A stretch of 64,000 nucleotides of DNA from positions 1 through 64,000 of the forward strand of contig NW_027437472.1 of assembly GCF_964204645.1 (NCBI RefSeq), read 5' to 3'. Source of the stretch: Tubulanus polymorphus (taxonomy: Eukaryota > Animalia > Nemertea). A program made the position numbers and the translations under genes. Below, in pieces: positions 1-15,559 of the stretch (the first letter of the stretch is position 1; each line of letters starts with the position of its first letter). The notes beneath the pieces are model-generated. The model did no database searches. It saw only the letters and a list, made by a program, of their open reading frames with translations, and was not told where the DNA came from.

Positions 1-3000
1 GGAACCGGGGACAACGTGCACAGAATCATCTAGCATTTGTGTAGGTGCTCGCGTAATTAGCGAACAATTAATGACGACTATCGTTACTAACGCCACCTTG
101 TGGAAGTAGGGTAATGGAACGATAGCCCTTACAGTACGGTAAGCACATGAGACAGACTATGTTTAGCCAAATTTAGTTATGGAAGGAGCTTAATACTACA
201 GAAATGGATTACCAATCTCCTAACCTGTAAATATTCAGAGCTTGTGGATATTGAAGGGGATTCACAGTTCCTGCTATTGAACACAGCATCTTCAAGTGCC
301 TATAAATGGTTTGGTGTAGTTAACAATCATCCTGAATAACCTAAAATCTACAAAACTACACGTCAAAATTCATGATAAAAGCATCAATTTTAAACGTTGT
401 ATTAGACGCGATGATATGTCAAAGAAGTCATCGAAAGTCAGCGTTGTAAACTGTAAACTGGTGGCATGTTTAATGCTGGAGGCGACAGAACCGTTAGTAA
501 TATAAGCCTATTGTCTGCATGTGAGCAGACTTAGGCACAATTCTGAAAGGTAACGGGTTCCATTTACCTGTGAGCCACTGGGGATTAAATTTCTATTGAT
601 GGCTTAATTGTCCAGGACACATCTGTTCACTCTGGTGCTATGGTTCTGTCCAGGTCCAGGTCCAGGTCGGGCACAAGTCTTCAGACAATATGGCCAATAA
701 ACGAACACACTTTCCATGTATATAATAAGATATTATTTTTTTTCTTCCTACAAAAAACCCAGGCCTTTAGTTATCAAGTCTAATAAGTTTAATAGCTTAT
801 CTCTATTTACTGTCATTCAGAGCACCAACAATAACTTGCAGCTTTACAAGCCTGAGAGTTTCGATTTAAAATCCGACCTTTTTCCAATGAATGAACTTAC
901 GAATCGATGCTGATGGGTTATGTCACTTTTTATACATTAGACATCAAAACAGGTCCATTTACCTGATCCAGAGTGGATTAAGTTTCATAATTGGCTGTGG
1001 GCACGCATCTGTTCGGTCTAACCGGAAAATATTACACAATGGTTAAAAACGGAACCAGTTCCTGATCGCAATGAAGAGAACGTAACAATTTTCAGTACTA
1101 AACCTTTAAATTTGAAATTATCTACTATCAATGATGTGCTGCTCAGTACGCGTTCAGTTGAAGCCCATTAGAATTTCAGAAGATTAGTAATTAGCAACCA
1201 CTTTTCATATTCCTGGTATTCAAGATAAGTGAAATTTCAAAGACTCCGTGAAAGAAAACCCTTAAGAAACCAATCCACCAATCCAACACTAAGAGTATTG
1301 TATTTCGACAGCGTTGTGTGAAGTACAGCGCAATATGTCGAGTTAGGGCTCATTAAAAGATTCGTGAATTATGATTTCATCATTAGCCGCATATGAAAAG
1401 ATGCCGGGCACGTGTGCTCTACCTCCGAAATTATATACGACTAATGTATGCGCATTATCATAGTCACCACAAAAACCACTTCTCATGATTAATAAAGATT
1501 CACTTTGTGAGGGTTCAAGTATATGATGCGACCTGCTCGATCTATTGTCCTACGCGGAAACCGGTGACAGATTTGCGGTGTGTTATTTTAAACGACATCT
1601 GTTGTTTCAGAAATACGAATTTCGACAAAGGTCGCCCTAAAAGGGCACGGGAGTCGTAAGTAGCAGCAGTGACTATTTACACAGGAATTTGCACTTCTTA
1701 ACTTGTGAAGAATGTCGGAAAACTGTCACACAAGATTCTCAAGCTGAAAGTGACCTCTGCTCTTCATTAGGCCGAGAAATATTCCACTCAAGTTGTAAGA
1801 AGAGTCCTGAGCAAAGCTAACATATGGCTATTTCCACATAAAATGTGCTCTTTTTTCGGCTAGACCTTCATGAAGAAAGTGCTCTTCGTGCCAGCATTTT
1901 CTTCAAATTTAAGATTTCCAAATGAATGAACACATTGAAAACATGAAAGTGTCTTTCCTAAGGGTTTGAACCGGATTACAATACTCCATAGACGCGAAGC
2001 AAAACGTGATTGTCGTAAATAGAATTTTTATCACGGCCACTCAGGGACTACCTGGTCATTTGAATCGCAATCATCACCAGCGGCTAAAGTATTCAGCGTG
2101 GTTCCTTCCTCCTACGTCAACGCACGTCCCAAAGTTGAACAAGAGTCTTGGTGAAAGCAAATTAGAAGGCACGTGCCCAATCGGATCCAGGTCAAGATTT
2201 TCAACGTCAATGCCCCGTAATTATATGAACCGTTTGGAACCAAAAGTTGGACCACAGACACCAATATTCACACAAGCCTTTGCCCAATGCTATATTTGGT
2301 GCAGACAAACCATTTGCTACCAAATGGGTCTGTAGTTTTTGACTGGGACCAAATTTTAGCACGGCTGTTCCATGTGAATGCCGAGCATTTCTGAAAGTGA
2401 CTATTTTTACTTGCCACAGCGTCGCTTAAAGGCCAATAAAAAAGAAATCATTCCTAAAATGACGGAGATATCGAAATATCTGAAATAAACTCAGGAACAA
2501 CTATAGGCAATAAACACCATCAGCGATGAGACTGATCAAACAGTAAGTAATGACAAATAGGTATAATGAAGGTGTGCACGTGTATGTATATGGAAAGCCA
2601 TAATGGCACAAATTATGCACGTGGACAGCAATAAAGACACAATTTGCGTGATTATCTCCTATCTAGAGAGCTCATAATTACTGTAGTAGAACAAGCGCAA
2701 TAAAACACCAAACACCAATTTCAAATGATTATTTGAATAGTGCGTCTACCTTGGGACCGCGATGATAGCTGAAACGGGACCATTTTCATGCTGGTAGGTA
2801 ATTGTTGTGTGTTATGCAGGCGGTCTAATTAGCGAATACACCGACATAAAACAACGATTTTAAAATTATGATTCGATTACCGCCCCGTCCGGTGACCGGC
2901 TTCCTGTTTACTTCGGGGATACGTCATAACACAATAAGGTGCACAAAACCGAAACCGACCGACTCATAATTTCATTACTAATTAGTTATTTGTTGCGAGA

Positions 3001-6000
3001 TAACGGCTCGCATTACTCTGCGGACCGGGCCTGATTCGATAACCCCGCTTGATGTGTCATCAAATTATTTTCGTGACTTCGCGAAATGCATTTGAGCACT
3101 GACCACTGCTGGGAATTGAACACATTTTCCCTGCAAATCAGGAAAATGCTTTCAAACTGTTTCTTTCAGGCAGCGATGTCCCAAGGGCAAGGAAGGTATA
3201 ATTTTACATACGCTTTTAGAACAGTTATTTTGACTTTGTAGCAAGAGTTATTTATGTTTTCATATTATCAAATGGTTAATTTTCTCAACTTTAAGTTAAG
3301 TTGGCGTAATGATTTGAGGATCTCTAATCCAAATGACTTCTTCATGTACCCACGTTCCATATATCTTCTGTAGGTCAATCATTAGTGAATAGATTAATGG
3401 TTACCGATATTGAAGAGACAATTTTCAAAATAGGTCGACTATAGCAACATTTGCCGTAATCGATAACTAACCATGAATTTAAGTATTACCCCTCCCCGAA
3501 CCCCTCAGAACTCCCCTTAAGAATAGTTCCTCAGACAAGCAAGGCACTGACAGAACTGGCTGCAATCGATAAAAATATACGCAGGCCTACTACAGAACAT
3601 GACACACTAAACCAATAAATACATCGCTATTACAGACATATCAAATCGTCTCCTACCTTGCTATCATATTTTACAAGATGTTCTTCAATTATTCATGGTG
3701 AAACTGCATCAAACTTTCCTCATATTTCGGCAATAGATGTTTTTTTAGCCGTTCTTTTTGCCTTAAATTTCACACTATCCCGTCGCGAATTAGTTAGTCA
3801 AACTCCCCGCAGATGGAAGCACCTCCCAGTAGCAGACGGACTGCTGCAGTTTACTTTTCGAAACGAGTAATGACCATCAAAACATCGTTCATAGCCTCCA
3901 TGTTGAGGTATATATAGGCCCTATAGATAAATACATTTTATACATGCAGCTTGAGGGGTTATTTCCTATCACAGGGCAAAAATGTTTAGATTCCATTTCT
4001 TCTTTTACTAGAAAATTTCAAAATAGGAGATTAAAAGTTTTTAAACCCAAATTCGAATTCAACTTCCAAGATAGATAGAGGGACAACGTTCTTCTATGGT
4101 TCCTTCACAGGTAAATTACAAAGTGTCTTATTACCTTATTTCCAACTGCCTGATACTTCAATGCCCAATCGTTCATATCAAGCAATTCATTACTCTATAG
4201 ACGGAAGAGAAGAAACTTGTCAAATTAAACAACCTACGAAAAATACTGACGAATATCTCTCTATTACAGCCGGGATTACGGCGAATAACGATTTAATCAA
4301 ATCAAATTGCTCTTCCCGCGATTTCAATTAATTGAATTTTTCCGTTTCATCAGCGACAAGGTTATCGCCGCAGCGAATTAAAGTCTTTGGTTAAGGTGTA
4401 AGACGACTCGCCGTCCTCACCGTTTGTCTGACAGTTATTTAAATTTAGAGGCCATTATTTTCGGCGCAGATTCAATTGGCGAGTGTAAATGCGTTTTGTT
4501 TCGTTCGAAAACGAGCCGGGTTTTACGACGCGCTCGGCCTAAGCCCTTCTTCGTAACCGATGTAGAAGGTAATGCATTTCAAGTGTACATTCCGCGCGTA
4601 ATTGATGAAAATTGAAAGTTCGCTAACGTATTTTTTTCTTTCTTTTACTGAGCTACGTGTCTTAAGTTTGTAAGTTCAAATTAACCGCGATAAAAATAAT
4701 TCGAACTATCTATCAATCGTTTTTTGACACTAGAGAGAGGGAGATAGGGGAAAAAGAGAGGGAGGAGAAAAGCACCATAAACATGGGCGCTTTATCATTT
4801 AAATTCTGATAAAGGAATAATCTTAAGGGGATCTTAAGGGGATTGGATAAATCTATTGGAAATTAGCAAATATACATGTTAGATAAAATTAGGGATAGAA
4901 GACTGACGTCCTCACTAAGAAAAGGGATGTCGTATTTTCAGCAATTCCTTAAGCAAATGTCATTTACTTTGGTTTTTTAAGCGACTGCATGGAATCTTCA
5001 TATATACATTCACTCGTATTCACAGTAGAATCGACATCACAATTCAGTTATAAAATGAGTACCGGTAAATACATTCTAACAATAATCACGCGATAACCTC
5101 GCATGTGAAAAAAAAATAAATCAGCGCTACAAACACCTCTATTCCGTCTGCTATAGCAAACCCGGTGCTACACACGACGGCTTAAAGGAAAGTCAATGAA
5201 GAAAACCTGGCGACACCACGTGCCACCTTATTACCTAGGTTCATATTGTCATCTCAATCTATTCAATCTATTGTGCTGTCCGTGACACACGGCGCAGCTA
5301 ATAAAGCCTCAAGATGCGCCTCCCTATTAAACAATCAAAATTGAAAGCTTTAACGTAAACAGGATTAGAACACGGATGCAGTGAGGAGGCGATGCCACGC
5401 GCGTGACCTGACCCATCCAGTCGCGCAGTCGAGAAGCCAGTCGCCCCCGGGCTTAGTCAATACCGAATAAATACCTGCAAGAACGTCGTCCATTCGCTTA
5501 CAGCACCTCCCCGGTATTAGCAATTACCATACCATTCACCAGCAGTCTTTTTACATTAGAAAGCCTTCCACATCTCACCCGTCATCAACACTACTGAAAT
5601 ATATCAAAATCTATTTATATATATATATAAACGACAACTTCGATTAAGAATATCAATGACAATACCAAATTCTGAAAATGTTCCTATTTAAGAGCAAAAC
5701 AGCATCCATCATTTGATAAACTTGCTTAATACCGATATTGCTACAACGTTTACCGAGCAATACCAACAGAAAAACTTATTTGTTATCATAAAATATCGCG
5801 TAGGCTTACAACATAGCCAATCACCAGTGTTCAGATACAATACGAACTGCTTATCTTTACCTAAATCCACAGTACAAGCGAGCGCACAGGAGATACAAGA
5901 CCAAATACGGGCGATTCATCGATACAGGTGTTGTCGCCAATGCCCAATACGGGGATCGGCCAATGATGTACAATTGGTATAGCTTGCACCTGTAGTTTAC

Positions 6001-6736
6001 GTATACACTCAGGGGAATAAAACATTATCGATCGAAAGGAATTGTTCAAATTGCGTCCACCTGGAGTTGTAAAGCTTCATATGCCATGTTAGATTATATT
6101 TCATACTGGGGGAAAAAATCAAACACACCTATACAACTATATCTATACGTGTACATTGTGCGCACTATGCGTGCATGAGATGAATGGCCGTGTAGGCAGA
6201 AAGGAAACCTTATTGATAATATCAAAATAAAACGGTCGAACAACCATCAGATTATCGGTGTATGCATATTAATGACAAATATCAATGAAATATTTATTTA
6301 GCTCGGATGCATGTCCCCGCGGAAGACCAAGAATTTTCAAATATGACTCATAGCACGATGCTCCTGGCTTTCGCTTGTTACGAAATAATCGAAGTATTCT
6401 CGTAGAAATGTCTTCATGTCTACCCTATCCTGTCTTGCTTAGAAATGTGAAATAAGTCCAGTCTATACAGAATAGGCTACAGTCCATTCATATTCCGGAG
6501 ACTTGGTTTATGTGAATATTTTTCATTTTCTCAAGGAATATTTTTCATTCTGAATCAATGATATCGGTTATTTCAACTAGAAGCTGTTGTCCGCGTTTCA
6601 GATCAAATTTACACTTGCGAGATGAATCAAATTACATAGTGTTTTGCGTGCATACCATCTGTGGTTGGTAGGTATATGAGGGTTTATGTATGAGATACGA
6701 TGTCTGTACCTCACAGTCCTCAAATATATGGAACGA

Positions 6737-6871
6737 CCTGGGGCCAGTTGCTCAAAGGTTGGTTAGAGTTAACCAGTGGATAGTTGACATAGTGACAATT
6801 AAAAGTTCATTGTTACTACGGCATCTATCCACTGGTTATCTTCAACCAACTTTTGAGCAACTGACTCCAGG
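6737..6871. mobile_element. Short palindromic MITE (PIF/Harbinger-like ends)
   Basis: CCTGGGGCCAGTTGCTCAAAGGTTGGTT...AACCAGTGGATAG pairs with CTATCCACTGGTT...AACCAACTTTTGAGCAACTGACTCCAGG. Confidence 0.75.
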
Positions 6872-9126
6872 CAGGTGGTAAAACTGACTAACTAAATATA
6901 ACGAATTTAATTTTTCAAGGTAAATGTTTTTGTTAAAAAATGAAAAGTAAATGTTGAAACTATTCTGTAATCGATAGTGGGACCCTTCAATAACATTTTT
7001 CACATCTGCATCTGTATCATACCAGAAGTGTTCGATGTAAATTGTATCGACTACAATACGAAGACTACTAAATCGGTCAGTTATACTTGATAGCTTTCAA
7101 AGTTCAGCAAATACTTTATGGGGAAAAAACACGCCAAACAAACGCAGCGATAAATTAATTAATCAGCACATATGGACGACACCCTTCACGCTTTGATTTG
7201 CTTAGTATGGATTTATCGGTAAGCACCTGTTTGAGTTTTCTCCTTGTTTTCAAGCAAACTCTATATCTGACAGGTAAATAAAGCCTCGCGCAGAAACAAG
7301 TGCTTCTCGAGAGCTTTGAATAACATTCGTTTCCGATATTTGTCGTCAAACGTGGATTAAAATGTTCCGCTGACAGACGCAACATGGTTAAACAAATCGC
7401 CTGATCACAACATACAAATTACTACTGAGAACCCAAGTTTTCTCGCAGTTTGGCGATCAGCGCTCGATCAGAGTTGTGAGCATCGTAACTGGTACAGGTC
7501 TTCTTCTAAAGCTCTTTTACTGGTTTACTTTTATTTGTCCAGAGAATTATCAAAAACAAATTATCAAAGTTTCGATTTCTTCATATCAAGCAACTCAAAA
7601 TAGGCAAACTAAGATTCTCTATTTAAGGGTAGAGTTTAACTTCACCAAGGAATTGCTAAATTTCTTGTCTTCCGCATGGACATACCTAACTCTAGCCACG
7701 GAAATTGGAAACTACATAATGTGAACACCGCCATATTCTATGAGCTATTGTTTAGGTTCTTCATCAGTTGATATCATCTCTCCATAATCCACATACTGGC
7801 TAATAATGCCGTACAAGCTACAGTGGGTTGATATTCAAAAATGAGCACATTCAATGCATCTTGAAGAAGTATCTATAAAATGAGAAAGTAAGGTCACAAG
7901 ACATATTATGTAGAAGCCATATCATTGTATCTATGCATAATAAGAAAGTGAACATAAGACTAGTGGTCACAGGTGGTACACGCGTCTTGGTTTTGTTCCA
8001 ATCTTTTGAGTAATCTACCTGCAACTGCGACACGTGGTCGCATTTTTCTAAAAAGATAGATATATCTGGCGACACGACGCGCAAAAAAAAGCTACAAAAG
8101 CCGACTCCAAGATGACTCCAGGTATAGGTATTGTTCCCGGCACACTGTGAATGCAATATCGAGCAGAGTAGGTAGCGAATGGTATTGTCTAAATCGTGGC
8201 ACGCCTGGTGCCCAGCTTGTTGTACGCTATAGAAAACGTATTGACGATTGCAGACACAGGTGTCATCCGCGAAACCATTCAACATGCAACATGCATCATA
8301 ACAGCTATACTTCTACATACAGATCGAGAATTTTTGTCAGGTCTAACAGCGAAATAAGCTTGACAAAAAAACTCAAATTATTACGCACATGAGGGGATTG
8401 CTACGGATTGACGTCAAAAATGGAACGTGGGCCATATACTCCGCGAGTATCCCATATAGCCTAGAACAAGTCAATCAAAAACTACTCAGATCACGTTAGA
8501 AATGAAATGAATAATTAGATAGTTTCCAATTCAAACTTCCTTTTCATTCGGTCATTCACTGTTGACTCTCAACCCTTCCAAGTATTGAAATTCATTTGAA
8601 TAATTTTTACAAATTCGCGAAAAGGAATTACATGTCGCATCTTTTCAGCCCATTCGAAATGATTCGAGAATTTTTAATAACCACGTTCAGTTGAAACCGT
8701 TCTAAATCGTCTATCTGTCATTCGTTCTCAGCCATCATCATCTTTGCCTCGTTCATGTTTGTTTAGATCTTGTCTCGTCGAGATAATGGAAACGTTTTTG
8801 CGCCGACCGACCGCTATTAGACGACGACGCTTTCGAACATCAGCAGCAGAAAATCATCGTCGTCATCATCATCATCATCGTACACGACGACAACAGTGCG
8901 CGCAACGACGACGACGCCATCGGTTTTGACAAAGATGTTGGGCTAGCACTCGATCTCTCGTCAACGAAACGCATTAAACTTGAGCGAGATGCAGGAAACC
9001 TGCGCAGTTTCTGTGACGTCGAGGGGTTTAAGAGAGGTACCTTTCTAAGTTCGTCGATGACGGCGTCACAGCGCGACAGGAAACCTGTGCAATCGGTTAC
9101 TTGTTCAAGTGCTCAACCTTAAGCGT

Positions 9127-9678
9127 TTAACCCGTTCTACCCCATAGTTAACGCACAGGTCCTAGAAAAAAAATCATTTCCGATACTTTTATAAAACTAT
9201 ATCTTACTTGAAACCACGGCATTTCTGGTCATGCTGTACAGTCATCGTAAATGGAAATTCTTTGCACAGGTGATTCAACTCCACGTTTAGGATCAGCAGA
9301 AAGCTTTTTTTTCTAAAATACATAAAGGGAAGGATTTTTGCAATCGACTCGCAAATCATGTTCAAACAACAGGTTTTAAAACCTGTGATCACTGATCACT
9401 ATATCGAATTTATCGTATGGTCGTATCGATCAAATTTAACATTTACTGGAAATTTAACAGTATAAGACTCAATGATTGAAAAAGTAACAGATGTTCAATT
9501 GCTACGATTAAAGAAGCCTCTGAAATTAGTTTGTATCCCAATGAAATTCTATGGGTTGAGAGGCTACCTAGACACTTTATTATTGAATAGCTGAAATATT
9601 TAGGCATCAGATGATGGAAAAGCGACATTGACTCATTTCGAGGATAGTGGGGAATTCGCGCCGACGTGAAGGGGTTAA
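9127..9678. mobile_element. Possible piggyBac-like non-autonomous element
   Basis: TTAA-CCCGTTCTAC at the left and GTGAAGGGG-TTAA at the right (imperfect short TIRs with TTAA flanks). The AT-rich interior interrupts a CpG-rich tract. Confidence 0.35.
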
Positions 9679-12600
9679 CGCAGAAGACGTAGGCGAGTGA
9701 CTTGATCTTTTCGCGCCGGTTCCGGTGTTCTTACTTAACACTGTTCATTTCTACCGTCACTAGGGCCATTCATGTGACAACAAACGTTTAAAAGCCTGCA
9801 CGCATCGGAAAACTTTCTACCTCCGCAGGAAGCTGTTCATAATCATAATTCGCGACGGCGTTTTTATTAGAGAGCGACACTAAGTTTCGCGCGGCGGCGT
9901 CAACGAGAGAAGAAGAAGTCGACGACAAGCGATGCAGGAAATTTGTATAATTATCGAACGATTCGAAAAGATTTTCAGGCGTTTTTTTTCACGAGATCTC
10001 GCTCATCTGACAGGAAATACGAAGAGAAATCAAACAACCGAGCGCTTGATGGTTTGATATACGTTTAAGTACAAAAGTTATTGCTGAAAAAGCTCTCAAC
10101 AACTCAATCCCATGGCTTAAGCAAACATGACCCCTATGTAAGGGTGTATATATATTGAAATTTCCTGGCCTTATTACGATAAAACAATTTATGAAGCAAT
10201 TTCTATGGACTCGTATGACTATGAATCCACTGAATCACAACGTCATGTGGTTACAGCCTGATTGTAGAGGTGTTTAAGGATTCTATCTGAATGATTTGCT
10301 TAGGTAAATCAATGATTTGTGAAAAAGCCCGGTCGAATTCGGAGGCATAGATCATAAAAACTTAGATTAATTATCTTAAGTAGTTATGACGAAAGCAGTA
10401 TCAATCAATGGGAGGTACACGCGAACTGACAGTCGCACAATACGACGTGAAAACTGATTAAACAGACCATTTAAAAAGTCAAATACAGGAAATTAAAACA
10501 TCTTTGAAATTGTTAACATCAATTCTAATATCGATTGACATAGAACAGTTGTCAGCATTGAAGAACTGAAGACAACATATTGCGTTTTTAAGAGGAATGA
10601 ACTCCAATGACGCAACAAACTAAAACGTTTCAGAGTTTTAGAGTCCATGAAAAAACTAAGAGCCTAACAACATGACTTAAAACTTCCAAATGATGCGGAA
10701 TTCCATGATGGTAGTTTTTAGTTTACACATGTAGGCTAGAAATTAGAACATTGCCAAAAGAGCCAAAACCAGGGCCGCTGATGTAGCCACCTACTATGCG
10801 TGTATTGAAGGCAAAGTTCGATTGATTCTGTCAAAGTTAAGCTTTGTGTATGGATTGAAATATATTTTGTGCTTATAGTTTATACGAATTAAGTTCATGG
10901 TAAAAAGTTTTCAAGGCCAACCCTATTGGATGCATGCATGAAAAGAAAAACTATGGAATCTAACTTTCTTGTTGAACAGGGCTGCCAACCTCTGCAAAGT
11001 GCTATCAGTAACGAATCGAATTTTTTCAATAACATTCCATTGAAATATTGAAGAAAACGTTCAAATTAATCAGTAATCAATAGTAAGACCCTCAGTACAC
11101 ATGAAATCAGTATTCTTCGTTATAAAACAGTAACAAATACCGAAAATCAGGAACAATTGGCTCTACGAACTCTCGGGCTGACGAGTCAGACCTGACGTAT
11201 CTCTATAAAAAACACCATCTCACACATGGCTACCTGTCGACCCGACGTAGAAAGCAAGACAATATCAAACGCATAACACGGCGGAAAGTGGCAGTAGGGG
11301 AGAAACGAGAGAATCGGGCGACGTTCATCTCTGATTTCGACATCATCCGTCGAGTATTGAAACGGTAAGAGATTTGATTGCGTTTCGTCAAGTGTGATAT
11401 TATTCCGCGTCCGAAACGACTGATCAATGAATTCTGCCGAACGAAACCGAACGCACGACCGGTCACACGTAAAATCAGCAATCCGAGGTATCCGTGTTTT
11501 ACCTGGCAGCACAATCGTATTACCTCATCAAACTAAACAAGGGAGTAATCTCGATTCAATCGACATCGTCGCCACGCGTACGCACGAGATACTCGGACTG
11601 ACTTCACCTTTATAGCGATATATTCGCTTACTGACTCATCGCCGAATATCCAACCTTCGGATCGATGGTTCTTTTCGCAAAGCGCAAAACCTCGGTGATA
11701 TCATTCCGAAATATCTTCACATTCTCGGAACTATGTTTTCAAAAGAATGAGAATAGAAATCATAATAAGGAGCTGAATATGAGTTTTGGAAAATATCAAC
11801 GTCATTGTCGATTTTGAATTTTTTGATTTCGAAGCGAGTCGAGACTGAGGATAAAACCAGATTCGAGCTCATTTTGGTCCTTTCAACCAATTACACAGAC
11901 AGATGAAACATGTGAGATGAAACAAGACGTTGCCAGATCAGTCTCAGCATTTTTAAGCACTAAATTCTTAACTAGAAAGTCAGGCATTTGAGTAAACGCG
12001 AGATTTACAGACTTGAGTAAGGAATATATTCCTACACCGAGAGGTGATCATTTGGCCGTTAATGACGTACCCTTTTATTGAGTCGATATTATGTTATCTC
12101 GTGCACGGCAGTTCTACCTTCATACGAGAAATCTAATAAACTTCCATCGCCGGCCTGAGTGACCAGGTAATCAGGCATACTCGGCCATCATATCAGGACA
12201 TTGGCAATCACACGGCAACTGCTGACCGCTGCCTCCTATTTCGGTACTCAGGTACATGCGTACATACACGAATATTCAATACTGCGAATTCTCTACACAG
12301 CAGTTTCGTGACCAGTAATATCCAGGACAATACGTTCCTGAAATATACTTCCCGATGTACAAGACATTAAGACAGACATTGAAAAGCTGAATATCTCAAA
12401 AAGATATCCTAACAATACTGAATGATTATAACGTATCAACTGATATATTCTCAGCGAATTATCTGGATAATTCTTGAAACTGGCCCAAAAATGAACTTGT
12501 GGGGTTTTAAGTTATTACTGAATGAGCATGTTTGTGTCACGAACAAATTAATCAAGCGCGTATAACTCATATTAGAGTTCAGGAATTCTGGTCACCGTTT

Positions 12601-14002
12601 ATTCGCGAATATCTGAAGCACCCGAAGTTTCAGGGCCCTTACTACATCAAGTAAATGGCCCACAACATCTATAGCCATGGATCGATCGCTGATAGATGTG
12701 TTATCCTGCCGTAATACACGAACAAAGAACTAGAGGGAACGACATATTATTTCATCACAATGAAACTATAATTGTCACGAAGCTGAAGAAATACTGCAAC
12801 GTTCAGGTGCATCTAGAAATCAAGTCAAAATCGGCGCAGGCTAGCAGGTGTTTCCATTTTGTACGCCGCCGAGGAACAGGTAGTTTTATCGACAGTGACA
12901 GCTGCGTAAGAGAGAGAGAGAGTAAGTGGGGAATACGCTGGATGTACCAGCAACGATAACAATCTCTGGCTACTGGCATTCAAATGTGATTTGAAACCTT
13001 ACCCCACTCCCGTATAAGACATTCAAATCTTGACAATCACTAATCGAAAACGTCATATCAAAATTTCTAATTGATCCAGTATATTTAAGGTTATGAGCTT
13101 CATTAGCCCTTATATCAATCAGTTTTCTCAAAGTAGCCTTTTATATTGAGAACTTAAGAATGAATGTCGAGATTCCCAGCACTCATCCAGTCAAATTTTG
13201 ACGCTATTTATTCGTATATGAAGCTTCCACTATTTTCAAGCTTCCACTGATGCGTAATGTATTTCAGTAGTGACTGATGAATAGGGAGGCAATTATTAGA
13301 AAAACAACAACATTACTATATACCTCTCCAGATTTGATCATATTACTAATTTTCTACGATGTTTGCCAGGTTTTTGGTAAAATTTGACAAAATTCCCCAA
13401 AATTTCCCAGATTATTTTGAGATTTATCTGATTCCCTGAGCTTTACATGTTTTCCAGAACAGTGGCCACCCTGGTTTAGAAAGGCGGACCAACATATGTA
13501 GGACACTTTTAAGGACACTCATTAGCAGCACCCGGACGAAGCGTCAATATTCTTGGGCTATCTCAGAACATCTAGGAGTCCTGATGGGTTCAAGAGGGGA
13601 CCAAGGCCCTCTTGAATCCGTCCTTAGAACTAATAATTCAAAATCTGTTCAGTTTCTAAATACAGATCAGATATTTAATTGTAGAAAAGTGTTTATTGGC
13701 TATCGGTGAATAAATCAATTAGAAACTCTATTCCACGTAGTGTATTCCAGTGTAAAACCTTTGAGATGACCTGCAGTCGATGTTTTTAACCGAGCAGCTG
13801 TCTTTAATGAAATGTCAGTCAGGTTTTAATTGGTTCAGGTGGAATCAACGACATATTTTTAACTTCGACAAACGGCACTGATTGCTATATAGTACCCGGA
13901 CGTGTCATCCGTCGCTGGATCGATTCATTTCATTTTTAACTGTTCGTAACGCATCGTTTTTAAGAATTTTTAAAGAAATTTGAAAATCACCTCTTAACAT
14001 AC

Positions 14003-14889
14003 GTATGACTGATGTGTTCACCAAACATTTTGAAAATAAACCCATCTTCGACGCGTGCATTGTTCACTTGACAACCTGAAAAACGAAATAGCAAATGGAT
14101 AAGTGTGCATATCATTGTAAGAAAAAAATAATAAGCTGAAGAAATCTTTACTTTGAAGCTTTACTGTGGGGTTTAGGTATAATCTATTGTGTTCGCTGTT
14201 GACGTTAGTTCAGTTGAATATAACCATGTGGCAGCACTGCGTAGTGAATACCAGTGCAAATAGTGTATGTGTTAATATCATTCATAATTGGTAAAAAACT
14301 GCTCTTCCAATTTCAGCCCTAGTTATTTCGATATCAAATAGGACTTCAGTATTATCAAATACAGTTGTTGAATCGATTGTTGAGTAATCAGGGCCGTTCA
14401 TAGCATCCAACTTTTGGGGGAGGGGGAGTGGACAGAGAAACCCAAAACAGGGCAGTTGGATACAACAATATTTGCAAAAAGGGCACTTCCCCTGCTAGGC
14501 CTTTTTTTAAAATTCCCTGGAGCACAGATCCGCCGCCGTTATTTGGGTCATTTTGGTAATTGGGAAATTTTTCTTTTTAATTTTTAATTCCGTCGACCTT
14601 TTTAAAAAATCCATGCTCCAACTAATTTAAAAAAAGGCCCTATATGCAGCCCTGGTAATAGATAATGTACAAAACAATTTTGTGACAAGTTCAAACAATT
14701 TCCAATAACTTTTAGTCTAATGCAATATTGAGCCAATTTCACAAACTACAGCCTTACAACCTCTCGGCAAAGTCAACTGTAAGTTAACTGTACTTTTCTT
14801 CTTCTTAAACCTACATTAAAAACATAATCTTATTCCTAAGCCAGAATCGAGGAAACACTCACTTCTCTAGAGTGCGAGATATCGTTCAT
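14003..14889 (-). other. Possible 5' exons of an unidentified minus-strand gene extending off the left edge of the window
   Basis: A CpG-rich tract ends ATG AAC GAT ATC TCG CAC TCT AGA GAA|GTGAGT (donor at 14857-14862). The next acceptor TTTTTCAG gives an exon at 14075-14003 containing GAAGATGG (MGLFSKCLVNTSVI) before a GTATGT donor. No downstream coding exon was identified. Confidence 0.3.
14389..14654. mobile_element. Non-autonomous element with CAGGGC...GCCCTG termini (hAT-like ends)
   Basis: Ends CAGGGCCGTTCATAG and CTATATGCAGCCCTG; GTAAT is directly repeated on both flanks. Confidence 0.5.
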
Positions 14890-15341
14890 CTTGGTCGAGA
14901 TGGTATCTACGTCGTTCTTGGATCAGCAGAAAAATCTCATAGTCTCGTAGACGTTACTCATTCATGTGATTTCGTACGGTTGACATTTACGAGCGTACAC
15001 GATGATCTGCGCGGTCACCGCGGCATCATATTCTCGAAGTTACCTGATCCCCGGGGAGAATTAAGACAATTCCGAGCCGTTCTCTTTATCTTGATCAATT
15101 TACTGCTGGATTGTTGGAGATTAGAGGTAATAACGGAATTTCCACGTATCTCGACGACAACAACGGCCGACTACGGCCTTCGAGCCGTAATGCTTCATGG
15201 TCGCGCCTAATCCAGAGTATCTCTTCACCGAATAAGGGCTATCAGTCTTGAGGAAAAAGTCTCTGTAATGAGAAAACTTATTCATTCACTCATTTGATCA
15301 GGAAGAATGGGAAAAATACCTTAACTTTTTAACTACTGAAT

Positions 15342-15559
15342 CAGAAGCGGATCTAGGTCTGATTCAGGGAGGGGTGCAGTGGTGCACCCCAAAATAGGGC
15401 GTATCATATAATTAAAAGGGCGCCCCAAAAGAAAGCTCATCAGAAAACATCACCTCATTTTTTAAAAAATATATATTGAGAAGCTTATGAATCTAAAATT
15501 TAGGTGTCAATTTGATATTTTTAATAACCCCGTGCACCCCCCTTGGATCCACCCCTCTG
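15342..15559. mobile_element. MITE-like element of the CAG..GCGGATC / GGATCC.CCCCT type
   Basis: Left CAGAAGCGGATCTAGG...GGGGTGCA; right TGCACCCCCCTTGGATCCACCCCTCTG. Confidence 0.5.

Noticed and set aside
8744-8929. ORF with poly-His and poly-Arg runs
   Set aside because: Produced by (CAT)n and (CGA)n microsatellites; it starts at a non-ATG codon and has no splice or domain support.
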